DNA from: Actinomycetota bacterium
Lineage (GTDB): Bacteria > Actinomycetota > Acidimicrobiia > IMCC26256 > JACDBD01
Assembly: GCA_052390575.1 (NCBI GenBank)
Contig: JBQTGU010000061.1
Span: forward strand, 48,025 to 112,024
Reading direction: 5' to 3'
DNA length: 64,000 nucleotides
A model generated the notes under the pieces. The model was not told where the DNA came from and ran no database searches. It was given only the letters and a program-made list of their open reading frames with translations. Both the position numbers and the translations under genes were made by a program. Shown piece after piece: positions 1-9,758 of this stretch; position 1 is the first letter of the stretch; each line of letters starts with the position of its first letter.

Positions 1-681
1 GCGCTCGCTCTGGATGCGCAGCAGGTACACCACGTCGGTTTCGGGCAGGAGCGGGTCGAGGTCGTGACTGACCGCGCAGTTCCAGCCCGCGAGCGACTCC
101 GGCATCAGCGTGGGCGGGCCCACCAGCGTGACCTCGGCGCCGACCGCGACGAGCGCCTTCACCGTGCTGCGGGCGACCCGCGAGTGACGCACGTCGCCGA
201 CCACGGCGACGCGCAGACCGTCGAAGGTGGTGGTGACCAGCCGCCGGCGCAGGGTGAGCAGGTCGAGCAGCGCCTGGGTCGGGTGCTCGTGGCGGCCGTC
301 GCCGGCGTTGATGATGCTGGCGTCGATCCACCCCGCGATGCGGTGCGGGGCGCCCGCGGCCCGGTGCCGGACCACGACCGCGTCGACACCGAGCGCGGCG
401 ATCGTCTGCACGGTGTCGCGCAGGCTCTCCCCCTTCTTCACCGACGAGCTGCTGATCGCGAAGGTCATCGTGTCGGCCGACAGGCGCTTGGCCGCGGTCT
501 CGAACGACAGTCGCGTGCGGGTGGATTCCTCGTAGAAGAGGGATGCCACCGTCTTGCCCCGCAGCGCCGGCACCTTCGGGATCTCGCGCTGGGTCACCTC
601 CACGAAGGAGGAGGAGAGCTCGAGCATCTCGTCGATGCCCGACCGGCCCAGGTCGTCGACCGAGAGCAGGTGGCGGCTCAT
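1..681 (-). CDS. pyrB: Aspartate carbamoyltransferase catalytic subunit (runs off window start)
   Basis: Manual translation from ATG 681 (ATGA overlap with pyrR stop): [11 protein letters not shown]...[14 protein letters not shown], plus HPTQALLD motif. Confidence 0.95.
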   Translation of the reverse strand, partial: MSRHLLSVDDLGRSGIDEMLELSSSFVEVTQREIPKVPALRGKTVASLFYEESTRTRLSFETAAKRLSADTMTFAISSSSVKKGESLRDTVQTIAALGVDAVVVRHRAAGAPHRIAGWIDASIINAGDGRHEHPTQALLDLLTLRRRLVTTTFDGLRVAVVGDVRHSRVARSTVKALVAVGAEVTLVGPPTLMPESLAGWNCAVSHDLDPLLPETDVVYLLRIQSER

Positions 682-1304
682 GGGGCCTCCTCGCCGGCAG
701 GCGGGCCCCAGATCTCGATGCCGTCCTCGCCGTCCACCTCGGCCAGGCGGACCCGCACGTCCTCGGCCACCTTGGTGGGCAGGTTCTTGCCGACGTAGTC
801 GGCCCCGACCGGCAGCTCCCGGTGGCCCCGGTCGACCATGACCGCCAGCTGCACCGCGCGCGGCCGGCCCAGCTCGGTGAGGGCGTCGAGGGCGGCGCGC
901 ACGGTCCGCCCGGTGAAGAGGACGTCGTCGACCAGGACGACGGTCTTGTCGGTGAGGTCGACGGGCACCTCGGTCGGACCGAGCGGCTGGACCGGCCGGA
1001 GCCCGATGTCGTCGCGGTAGAAGGCAACGTCGAGCGCACCCACCGGCACGTCGACGCCCTCGACCTGGTGGATCGCCTCCGCCAGGCGTTGGGCGACCGG
1101 GAGGCCGCGGGTGTAGAGGCCGACGAGCACCACGTGGGCGGCCCCGTGGTTGCGCTCGACGATCTCGTGGGCGATGCGGGTAAAGGCCCGGCGGAGGTCG
1201 TCGGCGTCGAGGACGCGGGCCCGGAGCAGAAAAGAACCCCCGTCCGGGGGCTCAGGAGTGCTACTCGGTTGTGCGGCCGGAGTTCCGGCGGCGGGCGCGG
1301 TCAT
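678..1304 (-). CDS. pyrR: Bifunctional pyr operon regulator / uracil phosphoribosyltransferase
   Basis: [22 protein letters not shown] and DRGHRELP motifs; SD GGAGGA at 1309-1314; adjacent to pyrB. Confidence 0.95.
   Translation of the reverse strand: MTAPAAGTPAAQPSSTPEPPDGGSFLLRARVLDADDLRRAFTRIAHEIVERNHGAAHVVLVGLYTRGLPVAQRLAEAIHQVEGVDVPVGALDVAFYRDDIGLRPVQPLGPTEVPVDLTDKTVVLVDDVLFTGRTVRAALDALTELGRPRAVQLAVMVDRGHRELPVGADYVGKNLPTKVAEDVRVRLAEVDGEDGIEIWGPPAGEEAP
1228..1253 (-). terminator. Intrinsic terminator-like hairpin inside the pyrR 5' coding region
   Basis: Minus strand GAGCCCCC-GGAC-GGGGGUUC followed by UUUUCU; 8-bp stem. Confidence 0.6.
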
Positions 1305-1317
1305 GTTGTCCTCCGTA

Positions 1318-1357
1318 GGGACCTCACAGGATCCCCTTCACGGTCCAGTTCAGGGTA
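1318..1357 (-). promoter_or_regulatory. PyrR-binding stem-loop (1318-1335) and extended -10 (TGnTACCCT, hexamer 1352-1357)
   Basis: GGGAUC-CUGUGA-GGUCCC matches the core of the PyrR binding-loop consensus (ARUCCNGNGAGGYU); lies 3 nt upstream of the SD. Confidence 0.8.
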
Positions 1358-1652
1358 GCACGGGCGGATGCGATTCGTGCGCCTCACAACCACGCGCGCG
1401 TCTCGCGCCCCTCAGCTTCCGCGGACCGAGGAGACCGATCGTTAGGCGTCGTCCTGGCGCGGAGCACTGATCTGCACCGTGATCTGCGCCTGAGGCCGGT
1501 GCCACACCAGCGGTGCGACGGAGAACGGAACTGCTCCGCACCGCAGCATTACGAATTGTCCCCGGAGTTCCCCGCCGTCGATCGTCAGTTCCACCGTATC
1601 TATCGGATACTCCCGGCATCTGGGTGGGCGGCACCGCATGCGCAGCGACGAG

Positions 1653-2147
1653 CTATTGGTTGTCCACGGGGACGAGTTCACCGCTGTGCACGTCGAACAT
1701 GAAGCCACCGACCTGGAGGTGGGGTGGCAACAGCGGGCACGACTTGATGAGCTCGATGTCATCGCGCAACGTCGCCAGCTGATCGGTGCTGGCCAAAAAG
1801 TCCCAACCGGTGGCATCGACGCCGCGCATCGCGCTGATGCGGGCGCGTATCTCGTCGTCGGTTGAGCCGACCATGGCACAGTCGGTGTGTTGCACCACAC
1901 AGACACGCGTCACGCCGAGCAGGTTCGCGGCGAGCACCAGCGAGCGCAGCGAGTCGTCGGTCACCCGCGCCCCCGCGTTGCGAATGATCTTCGCGTCGCC
2001 GGCCCGCAACCCGAGCAGGGCAAGCGGATCGATGCGCGAATCGATACAGGTCAGCACGGCCAGACCCTTCGCTGCGGTGCCCTCCACGCCCGAATCGTGG
2101 AACTCGTTCCGGTAGCGCCGGTTGGCGTCGAGCAAATCATCGAACAT
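1653..2147 (-). CDS. Beta-class carbonic anhydrase
   Basis: CIDSR, IRNAG and HTDC zinc-ligand motifs; start set at MFDDLLDAN. Confidence 0.9.
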   Translation of the reverse strand: MFDDLLDANRRYRNEFHDSGVEGTAAKGLAVLTCIDSRIDPLALLGLRAGDAKIIRNAGARVTDDSLRSLVLAANLLGVTRVCVVQHTDCAMVGSTDDEIRARISAMRGVDATGWDFLASTDQLATLRDDIELIKSCPLLPPHLQVGGFMFDVHSGELVPVDNQ

Positions 2148-2160
2148 CGACTGATTCTGA

Positions 2161-3144
2161 CTAGGAGCCACTCGTCGACCTCGCACGCTCCAGGCGGCTC
2201 CTGCGGGCGCTGAAGACGATCGCTGCCGCGAGGATGATGACGATGACGACCAGCGAGATCGTCGTCGGCAAGTGCCACCAACGAGAGACGATCATCTTGA
2301 GCCCGACGAAGACCAGGATCGCCCCCAGCGCGTGGGCCAAGTAGTGGAAGCGTTCCTTGGCGTCCCCGAGTAGGAAGTACAGCGCGCGCAAACCGAGAAT
2401 CGCGAACGCGTTCGACGAGAAGACCAGGAACGGCTCGCGTGAGACCGCAAGGATCGCTGGGACGCTATCGACCGCGAAGACAACGTCGGTGAGCTCGACG
2501 ACCACCAGTGCGGCGAGCAGCGGCGTGGCGACCAGACGGCCGGCGTCGCGAACGACGAAGCGTTGCCCGTCGAGTTCGCTGCGAACGGGCAACAACCGGC
2601 CGAGAAGCTTCACTGCCCGGTCATGTCCGTGCGCCCCCTCGTCGTCACGGTGGCGGACCACCTTGATGCCAGATGCGACCAAGATGACTCCGAAGACGAT
2701 GAGGAGCCACCAGAACCGGTCGAGCAGGCTCGTGCCGACGAAGATGAAGACCGCACGCAACACCAGCGCACCGAAGATCCCCCAGAACAGCACCCGGTGC
2801 TGGTAACGCAACGGGATCGCGAACGTTGAGAAGATGACCGCCCAGACAAAGACGTTATCGACGCTGAGCGACTTCTCGATGACGTACCCGCTGACGTACT
2901 CACCAAAGGCCGCGCCACCCCACGCAGCGAGCACCACCAGGGCAAACATGAGACCGCACGCAACCCAGGCCATCGACTCCAACACGGCTCGTCGCGCGGT
3001 CGGTTCGTGGTTGCCGCGATGGACAAGCAAGTCCACGGCGAGCAGACCGGCAAGCAGCGCGATCAGCAGCGCCCAGTGCCAGAACGCGATGTCCAGATCG
3101 ACATACGGATCAGACGATGCAGCAGTCGCGACGCCACGGAGCAT
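2161..3144 (-). CDS. TerC/Alx family Mn homeostasis membrane protein
   Basis: YVIEKSLSVDN, DVVFAVDS and GLRALYF motifs; multiple TM segments; yybP-ykoY riboswitch upstream. Confidence 0.92.
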   Translation of the reverse strand: MLRGVATAASSDPYVDLDIAFWHWALLIALLAGLLAVDLLVHRGNHEPTARRAVLESMAWVACGLMFALVVLAAWGGAAFGEYVSGYVIEKSLSVDNVFVWAVIFSTFAIPLRYQHRVLFWGIFGALVLRAVFIFVGTSLLDRFWWLLIVFGVILVASGIKVVRHRDDEGAHGHDRAVKLLGRLLPVRSELDGQRFVVRDAGRLVATPLLAALVVVELTDVVFAVDSVPAILAVSREPFLVFSSNAFAILGLRALYFLLGDAKERFHYLAHALGAILVFVGLKMIVSRWWHLPTTISLVVIVIILAAAIVFSARRSRLERARSTSGS

Positions 3145-3149
3145 GGAAG

Positions 3150-3263
3150 ATCCTTCGGTCGACGGCAGCTAGGGCCACCGAAGGTCTCTCCCACCTGCAA
3201 GAGGCACGATCGCCGGGCCGGAGCCGTGCTGACGACGACCGTCGATGGGGATACTCCCCTCCA
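3150..3263 (-). ncRNA. yybP-ykoY (Mn2+-sensing) riboswitch with SD-sequestering hairpin
   Basis: GGAGGGGAGUA...GUCGUCAGCAC...GGGAGAGACCUUC; CCUUCGGU (3184-3177) pairs with ACCGAAGG (3159-3152) covering the SD; -10 TACGAT at 3274-3279. Confidence 0.9.
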
Positions 3264-3455
3264 AGCAAGCGCCATCGTAGGCCGCGGGCTCTGTCCGGAC
3301 AACGGTGTGACTGACGCGACCTGCGATGCTGGCCCGCGCACTCGAGAGTGCTCTTCCTAGAGCGACGGCATGCCGGACGGTCGGGACCGCAGGAACGACC
3401 TTCGTCCCAGACCAGTAGGCGCGCGAATCCGACGCCCTTCCGAGAGAGAACTGGC

Positions 3456-3962
3456 TCAGCCAAGAAGCGTCTCCACCAGGTCGCCCTCGAGCCAGGTGAG
3501 CCAGCCGTACACCGCGTAGGCGGCGGCATCGGGGTGGTCCTCGCCGACGTCGTCGTAGTCGAGATCCTCGGTGACACCGAGACGGGTGCCGAGGGCGAGG
3601 CGGGCGTCGTTGAGCGCGCCCAGCCAGGCCTGGGCCTCGTCGGCGTCGAGCTCGACCTCGACCCGTCCGTCGCGCACCTGGCCGCGCTCCAACGACTTGG
3701 TCAGCCGCTCCAGCGAGGCGAGCCGCTCGCGCACGAGCTCGGGGCGTACTAGCTCCTGCCACTCGCGTTCCGCCCCCTCTTCGGTGGGGTCGAGGTAGGC
3801 GCGCGGGAAGAGACGCTCGCTGACCGGGTCATCGGGATCGACCGGCGCGCTCAGCACCGGGCCGAGCTCGTTCGGGATGCTCCGCAGCAACTCGGCCTCG
3901 GCCTCGGTGATCGAGACGCGCAGCCCGTCGCCCTGGGGTGTGAACCGTTCCGGAAAGCTCAC
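3456..3962 (-). CDS. DUF2017 family protein
   Basis: RLFPRAY and [16 protein letters not shown] motifs; GTGA overlap with clpS stop; usual ClpS partner in actinobacteria. Confidence 0.85.
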   Translation of the reverse strand: MSFPERFTPQGDGLRVSITEAEAELLRSIPNELGPVLSAPVDPDDPVSERLFPRAYLDPTEEGAEREWQELVRPELVRERLASLERLTKSLERGQVRDGRVEVELDADEAQAWLGALNDARLALGTRLGVTEDLDYDDVGEDHPDAAAYAVYGWLTWLEGDLVETLLG

Positions 3963-4282
3963 GCGGGATGTTCCATGGTTGCCCAGAGGCCGTGGGCGTG
4001 CAGGCGGGACACATCGGCCTCGCACTTCTCGCGCGTGCCGTCGGACACGACCGCCCGCCCCTCCTTGTGGACCTGCATCATGAGCCGGGTTGCCTTCTCC
4101 TTCGAGTAGCCGAACAGCTTCTGGAAGACGTACACGACGTACGACATCAGGTTGACCGGGTCGTTCCACACGATCACGATCCACGGCCGATCGGTCCCGA
4201 TCGCCTCTTCGCTCTCGGTCTCGCCCAGCTCGTCGGTCTCGGGATCGGCCGGCAGCACCTCCGGCTCCGCCTCCGCCGGCAT
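3959..4282 (-). CDS. clpS: ATP-dependent Clp protease adaptor
   Basis: [20 protein letters not shown] and HGLWAT motifs; an in-frame ATG at 4333 overlapping the nusB stop is an alternative start. Confidence 0.93.
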   Translation of the reverse strand: MPAEAEPEVLPADPETDELGETESEEAIGTDRPWIVIVWNDPVNLMSYVVYVFQKLFGYSKEKATRLMMQVHKEGRAVVSDGTREKCEADVSRLHAHGLWATMEHPA

Positions 4283-4329
4283 CGTGGACGACCGCCACCG
4301 CAATGACCCTGACGGCAACGGGCGCACGC

Positions 4330-4734
4330 TCATGCCGTCTGCTCGGGCGCCCTCAGATCCTCGGCGATGCGCCCGAGCATGCCGTTGACGAACCGGCCCG
4401 AGTCCTTGGTCGAGTACTGCTTGGCGAGCTCGACCGCCTCGCTGATGACGACGCCGGTCGGGAGGTCGGGCTCCCAGCCGAGCTCGTAGCAGCCGAGCCG
4501 GAGCACCGCCCGGTCGACGACGGGCATGCGCTCGAGTGCCCAGTGCTCGGAGTACTTGCGCAGCATGGCGTCGACCTCCTCCCGGTGCTCGTCGACGCCG
4601 CGCACCAGGGTGGTCGCGTAGGCCTCGGGCGGTGCGGGGAGCTGGTCGAGCAGCTCGTCGACCGGCAGGCCGCGGACCTCGAGCTCGTAGCAGAGGCTGA
4701 GCGCTCGCTCACGGGCCTCGCGTCGGGTTGACAT
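4330..4734 (-). CDS. nusB: Transcription antitermination factor
   Basis: [17 protein letters not shown] and FVNG.L motifs; follows efp. Confidence 0.95.
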   Translation of the reverse strand: MSTRREARERALSLCYELEVRGLPVDELLDQLPAPPEAYATTLVRGVDEHREEVDAMLRKYSEHWALERMPVVDRAVLRLGCYELGWEPDLPTGVVISEAVELAKQYSTKDSGRFVNGMLGRIAEDLRAPEQTA

Positions 4735-4754
4735 TCGACCGGCTCCGGCGCGCG

Positions 4755-5315
4755 TCAGGCGCGCGCGAGGTACTCCCCGGTACGGGTGTCGACCTTCACG
4801 CGCTCCCCCGGCTCGACGAACAGCGGCACCTGCACGACCAGGCCGGTCTCGAGGGTGGCGGACTTGCGGGCGCCGGACACGCGGTCGCCCTGGATGCCCG
4901 GCTCCGTCTCGGCGACGGCGAGCTCGACCGCGGCGGGCAGCTCGACGCCGACGATCTGCCCCTCGTACGTGGGTAGGACGGCCGAGTCACCCTCCTTGAG
5001 GTACTTGACCGAGCCACCGAGGTCGCTGGCATCGACGTGGACCTGGTCGTAGCTCTCGGTGTCCATGAAGACGTACGAGTTGCTCTCGCGGTACAGGTAC
5101 TGCATCTCGCGCTTGTCGATCTTCGCGAGGGGGACCTTCTCGTCGGCCCGGAAGGTCTTCTCCACCACCGCGCCGCTGCGGACGTTCTTGAGCTTCGTGC
5201 GCACGAACGCGCCGCCCTTGCCCGGCTTCACATGCTGGAACTCCACCACGGTGACGAGGCCCCCGGGCAGGTCGAGCGCCATGCCGTTTTTCAAGTCGTT
5301 GGTGGACACACTCAC
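4755..5315 (-). CDS. efp: Elongation factor P
   Basis: HVKPGKGGAF and KVDTRTGEYL motifs. Confidence 0.97.
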   Translation of the reverse strand: MSVSTNDLKNGMALDLPGGLVTVVEFQHVKPGKGGAFVRTKLKNVRSGAVVEKTFRADEKVPLAKIDKREMQYLYRESNSYVFMDTESYDQVHVDASDLGGSVKYLKEGDSAVLPTYEGQIVGVELPAAVELAVAETEPGIQGDRVSGARKSATLETGLVVQVPLFVEPGERVKVDTRTGEYLARA

Positions 5316-6421
5316 AGGAGGAGGTCTTTCGGGGAGGCGGTGAGGGCGTCGGCGCCCTCGTCGGTGACGACCACGGTGTCTTCGATGCGCACGCCGCCCA
5401 CGCCGGTGAGGTAGACGCCGGGCTCGACGGTGACCACGTAGCCGGAAGCCAACGTATCACGGGCGGTCGCGGCGACCCGCGGGGCCTCGTGGATCTCGAG
5501 CCCGACACCGTGGCCGGTCCCGTGCACGAACGCGTCGCCCCACCCGGCTGCCGCGATGACGTCGCGGCAGGCCTTGTCGACGGCAGCGCAGTCGGCGCCG
5601 GCGCGCACCGCCGCCCGTCCCGTCTGCTGGCTGTCGAGCACGACGTCGTACACACGGCGGGCCTCGGCGCCGGGATCGCCGACGCTCACGGTGCGGGTCA
5701 TGTCGGAGCAGTAGCCGTCGACGACGCAGCCGAAGTCGAGGACAACGAGCTCATTCGCCTCGATCCGCCGGTCGGACGGACGGGCGTGCGGCTTGGCGCC
5801 GTTGGGCCCGGAGGCGACGATCGGGTCGAAGCTGACACCGCTGGCACCCCGGCGCCGCATCTCGAGGTCGAGCGCCAACGCGACCTCGCGTTCGGTAGGA
5901 CCATCGGCGAATGTCGGGGTGACCGCGGCCAGCGCCTCATCGGCGATGGCGCAGGCGGTGCGAATTCGAGCGACCTCGCCGTCGTCCTTCACCCGCCGGA
6001 GCCCCTCCACCAGGTGCTCGGTGGGGACGAGCTCGGTGTCCGGGAACCACTCCCCCGCGAACGCCCGCTGCTGGGCCCAGGTCACGCCGTGGGCCTCGAG
6101 GCCGAGCCGGGTGAAGCGCTCCGCCGCGGCGGACAGCGCGCCGCGCTGATCGACCTGGGCGGTGCGGATCTCGATGCGGGCGTCCACGTCGGCGGCGGCC
6201 AGCTGCTCGGCCGCCTGCTCCCCGTAGCGACCGTCGGACACGAAGACGAGCTCGTCCGGCCCCACCAGCAGGAAGGCAGCCGACCCGGTGAACCCGGTCA
6301 GGTAGCGCACGTTCGGGAGCCGGGTGACCAGGAGCGCGTCGATCCCGATGTCGATGAAGCGGGCTCGCAGGCGCTGGGCGCGTCCGGGAACGTCGACCGG
6401 AGGCAACGCCAACGTGGTCAT
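5312..6421 (-). CDS. pepQ: Xaa-Pro peptidase (M24 family)
   Basis: YLTGFTGS, DFG...YCSDMTRT, HGTGHGVGLEIHE and GGVRIED motifs. Confidence 0.92.
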   Translation of the reverse strand: MTTLALPPVDVPGRAQRLRARFIDIGIDALLVTRLPNVRYLTGFTGSAAFLLVGPDELVFVSDGRYGEQAAEQLAAADVDARIEIRTAQVDQRGALSAAAERFTRLGLEAHGVTWAQQRAFAGEWFPDTELVPTEHLVEGLRRVKDDGEVARIRTACAIADEALAAVTPTFADGPTEREVALALDLEMRRRGASGVSFDPIVASGPNGAKPHARPSDRRIEANELVVLDFGCVVDGYCSDMTRTVSVGDPGAEARRVYDVVLDSQQTGRAAVRAGADCAAVDKACRDVIAAAGWGDAFVHGTGHGVGLEIHEAPRVAATARDTLASGYVVTVEPGVYLTGVGGVRIEDTVVVTDEGADALTASPKDLLL

Positions 6422-6861
6422 CCGCGCGCTTGGAGCTGGTGCGCGGCCGCTTCGATCGCCAGGCGGTAGCCGTAGCGGCCGAATCCGGCGACGGTCCCGG
6501 TGACGTAGGGCGCGACCACCGAGATGCGGCGCCAGGCCTCACGCGCCGACGGGTTCGAGATGTGGAGCTCGACCTTCACTCCGTCGAACGAGGCCAGCGC
6601 GTCGGCAACCGCGAACGAGTAGTGGGTGAACGCGCCCGGGTTGATGACGATGGCGGCGCACCGGCCCCGCGCGCCCTGGATGGCGTCGACGATCTCGCCC
6701 TCGTGGTTCGACTGGTAGTGCTCGAGCTCGAGCCCGTGCTCCTTGGCCGCGGCGCGCGCGTCCTCGACGAGATCGTCGAGGGTGTCGGTCCCGTAGACCT
6801 CGGGCTCGCGGTCACCGAGCAGGTTCAGGTTGGGACCGGAGAGGAGGAGAACAGTCGTCAT
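6418..6861 (-). CDS. aroQ: Type II 3-dehydroquinate dehydratase
   Basis: GPNLNLLG.REPEVYG, SNHEG and ELHISN motifs. Confidence 0.95.
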   Translation of the reverse strand: MTTVLLLSGPNLNLLGDREPEVYGTDTLDDLVEDARAAAKEHGLELEHYQSNHEGEIVDAIQGARGRCAAIVINPGAFTHYSFAVADALASFDGVKVELHISNPSAREAWRRISVVAPYVTGTVAGFGRYGYRLAIEAAAHQLQARG

Positions 6862-6868
6862 GCCACGG

Positions 6869-7936
6869 TCAGGGTACGTCCACGCCCACGGCCCGGAAGG
6901 CGTGGTCGAGCGCGGCCACGGGCGGGTCCTCCACCGCTTCGAGACCGCCGGGCCCGCGCAGCACGAAAGTCAGCCCGCCGCTCGCCTTCTTGTCCCGGCG
7001 CATGACCGACACGAGGTCGGCGGCTCGGCTCGCGCCGGGCACCTTCGTCGGGAGTCCGAGCGAGGCGACGAGCTCGCGGTGGGCGTCGACCTCAGCGGCA
7101 TCGATGCGCTCGAGCGTCCGGGCGAGCTCACCGGCGAAGACGAGACCGATGGCCACCGCCTCGCCGTGCGCCAGGGCGAAGTCGCTGGTGGTCTCGAGGG
7201 CGTGGGCGAACGTGTGCCCGTAGTTGAGCGTCGCCCGCAGTCCCGATCGCTCCTCCGGGTCGGCGGCGACGATCTCCGCCTTGATCCCCGCGCAGCGGGC
7301 CACCACGTCGCTCACGATCTCGGGCTCGCCCGCGAGGAGATCGGCGGCGCGCGCCCGCAGCAGCCCGCCCAGCGCGTCGTCACCCATGAGCGCGTACTTG
7401 GCCACCTCCCCGAGGCCGGCGCGGTACTCCCGCTCGGGCAGCGTGACCAGCGTGTCGACGTCGGCCAGCACGCCCACGGGCTGGTGGAACGCGCCGACGA
7501 GGTTCTTGCCCTGCGGGAGGTTCACGCCCGTCTTGCCGCCGATGGCCGAATCGACCATGGCCAGCAGTGTGGTCGGCGCCTGCACGACGTCGACGCCCCG
7601 GTGGTACACGGCCGCCGCGAACCCGACGACGTCGCCGACGACGCCGCCGCCGAGGGCGATCACCGCGTCGCCGCGGAGCAGTCCCCACTCGGCCAGTCGG
7701 CGGCACAGGTCGTCGACGGTGGCGAGCGACTTGGCGACCTCACCGTCGTCGATCAGGAACAGCTCCGTGTCGGTGAGGCCGCCGCAGATCGCGGCGGCGT
7801 GAGGAGCGATCGCGGCCTGGCTCACGACCGCGCAACGGCGGCGACCCGCGAGCAACCCCGCGACCTCTCCGAGAGCACCCGGCCCGACCACGACGTCGTA
7901 CGGCCGCCCGGGTAGGTCCACCGTCACCCGTTTCAC
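6869..7936 (-). CDS. aroB: 3-dehydroquinate synthase
   Basis: GGGVVGD, DSAIGGKTGVN and LNYGHTFAH motifs; GTG start overlaps aroK stop. Confidence 0.95.
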   Translation of the reverse strand: MKRVTVDLPGRPYDVVVGPGALGEVAGLLAGRRRCAVVSQAAIAPHAAAICGGLTDTELFLIDDGEVAKSLATVDDLCRRLAEWGLLRGDAVIALGGGVVGDVVGFAAAVYHRGVDVVQAPTTLLAMVDSAIGGKTGVNLPQGKNLVGAFHQPVGVLADVDTLVTLPEREYRAGLGEVAKYALMGDDALGGLLRARAADLLAGEPEIVSDVVARCAGIKAEIVAADPEERSGLRATLNYGHTFAHALETTSDFALAHGEAVAIGLVFAGELARTLERIDAAEVDAHRELVASLGLPTKVPGASRAADLVSVMRRDKKASGGLTFVLRGPGGLEAVEDPPVAALDHAFRAVGVDVP

Positions 7937-8481
7937 GACGCGTACTCCTCGAGCACCGCGTCGACGACCTCGGCCACCGAGCGGCCGTCGGTGTCGACCA
8001 CCGCGTCGGCCACCGCCTCGTAGGCGCCGGCCCGCACCGCCGCCAGGCGTTCGAGTGTCGTAACCGGACCGTCGTCCAAGAGCGGACGCTCCGCCCGCGC
8101 CATCCCGCTGCCGACGCGATCGGCGAGGACTTCCGGGGGGGCCTGGAGCCAGACCACGAAGCCGGACCGCTTCACCTGCCGCCGGTTGTCGGTGTGCAGG
8201 ACCGCGCCACCACCGCAGGCGATCACCGCGGGAACAGGCGACGCGCACGCGTCGGCGACCGCCTCGCGCTCCATCGCCCGGAACCGGCCCTCACCGGACA
8301 TGGTGAAGAGCTCGGCCACCGTCATGCCCGCGGCCGTCTGAACGAGGTCGTCGGTGTCGACGAACGGCCGGCCCATACGCTTCGCGCACTGGTAGCCGAC
8401 GGTCGTCTTTCCGACGCCCATGAGGCCGACGAGGACGAGATGAGGGGTGTCCGACCCCGCGTCGTCGATCGAGCGGGCCAT
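7933..8481 (-). CDS. aroK: Shikimate kinase
   Basis: GLMGVGKTT P-loop, GE..FR..E and GGG motifs. Confidence 0.95.
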   Translation of the reverse strand: MARSIDDAGSDTPHLVLVGLMGVGKTTVGYQCAKRMGRPFVDTDDLVQTAAGMTVAELFTMSGEGRFRAMEREAVADACASPVPAVIACGGGAVLHTDNRRQVKRSGFVVWLQAPPEVLADRVGSGMARAERPLLDDGPVTTLERLAAVRAGAYEAVADAVVDTDGRSVAEVVDAVLEEYAS

Positions 8482-9633
8482 TTAGCGGAGTGAAGCCAGG
8501 TACGCGTCGTGGTTGCGCACGACTTCGACGACGGAATCGCCCCCGAACTTGCGCAGCGCCTCGCCTGCGAGCACGAGCGCGACCATCGTCTCGGCCACGA
8601 CACCTGACGCCGGCACCGCGGTGACGTCGGTGCGCTCCTTGAACGAGACCGTCTCCTCCTTGGTGTCGACGTCGACCGTGCGCAGCACCGGCCGGTTCAG
8701 CGTCGACAACGGCTTCATCGACGCCCGCGCCACCAGGAGCCCGCCGGTGGTCATTCCCCCCTCGATGCCGCCGGCGCGGGTCGAGCCCCGCTCGTAGCCC
8801 GATTCGTCGCTCCAGGTGATCTCGTCGTGCGCCTCGCTCCCGCGCCGACCGGCAACGTCGAAGCCCTCCCCGATCTCCACCGTCTTCATCGCCTGAATGC
8901 TCATGAGGGCCTGGGCGAGCAGCCCGTCGATGCGACGGTCCCAGTGCACGTGCGAGCCCAGGCCGGGGGGAACGCCGTAGCCGAGCACCTCGACCACCCC
9001 GCCGAGCGAGTCACCCGCCTTCGCCGCCGCCTCGATCGCCGCCACCATCTCCTGCTCGGCCTCGGGGTCGAAGCAGCGCACCTGCGAATCGTCGACCCGG
9101 TCGAGGTCGGACGGCTGCGGGCGATGGTCGGCGTCGGCCTGCACCGGGCCGAGCGCCACGACGTGGCTGAGCACGCTGGCGCCGAGCTGTTCGAGCAGCC
9201 CCTTCGCCAGTGCACCCGCCGCCACCCGGGCGGCCGTCTCGCGCGCACTTGCCCGTTCGAGCACGTTGCGGGCGTCGTCAAATCCGTACTTCTGCATGCC
9301 GACGAGGTCGGCGTGACCGGGGCGGGGCTGACGAAGCGGCTTCTCGGTAACCCCGGGCGCGGCCGACATCTCCTCCTGCCACTTCGGCCACTCGGTGTTG
9401 TGGATCAGCAGCGACACCGGCGAGCCCAGCGTGATGCCGTGGCGCACTCCGCCCACGAACTCGACGTCGTCGCGCTCGAAGCGCATCCGCGGCCCGCGCC
9501 CGAAGCCGAGCCGCCGACGGGCCAGCTCGGCCGCGACCTCTTCGATGGTGATGGGGAGACCGGCGGGCAGGCCCTCGACCACGACCACCAGGGCCGGACC
9601 GTGGGACTCCCCGGCGGTCAGGAAGCGGAGCAC
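8482..9633 (-). CDS. aroC: Chorismate synthase
   Basis: TAGESHG, RPGHAD and ERASARETA motifs. Confidence 0.97.
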   Translation of the reverse strand: MLRFLTAGESHGPALVVVVEGLPAGLPITIEEVAAELARRRLGFGRGPRMRFERDDVEFVGGVRHGITLGSPVSLLIHNTEWPKWQEEMSAAPGVTEKPLRQPRPGHADLVGMQKYGFDDARNVLERASARETAARVAAGALAKGLLEQLGASVLSHVVALGPVQADADHRPQPSDLDRVDDSQVRCFDPEAEQEMVAAIEAAAKAGDSLGGVVEVLGYGVPPGLGSHVHWDRRIDGLLAQALMSIQAMKTVEIGEGFDVAGRRGSEAHDEITWSDESGYERGSTRAGGIEGGMTTGGLLVARASMKPLSTLNRPVLRTVDVDTKEETVSFKERTDVTAVPASGVVAETMVALVLAGEALRKFGGDSVVEVVRNHDAYLASLR

Positions 9634-9758
9634 GCCTACCTCTCACCTGCGGGGACGCCCCTCAGGATACCGGCGCAACCGCTTGATCCCGGGGGATTCG
9701 GGTGGTACGGACCGACCCATTTGGGGCATTCTCCCCGCAGCCCCGGGGGAGGTCCGCC

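Noticed and set aside
1442-1640. Short minus-strand ORF after the carbonic anhydrase (...IDTVELTIDGGELRGQFVM...)
   Set aside because: No recognisable motif or RBS; may be a remnant but cannot be supported.
3299-3310. 12-mer ACAACGGTGTGA also present inverted at 59250-59261
   Set aside because: Many 12-bp matches are expected by chance in 64 kb, and the contexts are unrelated.
3360-3450. TCTGGGACGAAGGTCG on the minus strand, reminiscent of a tRNA-Pro fragment
   Set aside because: No cloverleaf, T-loop or CCA could be built.
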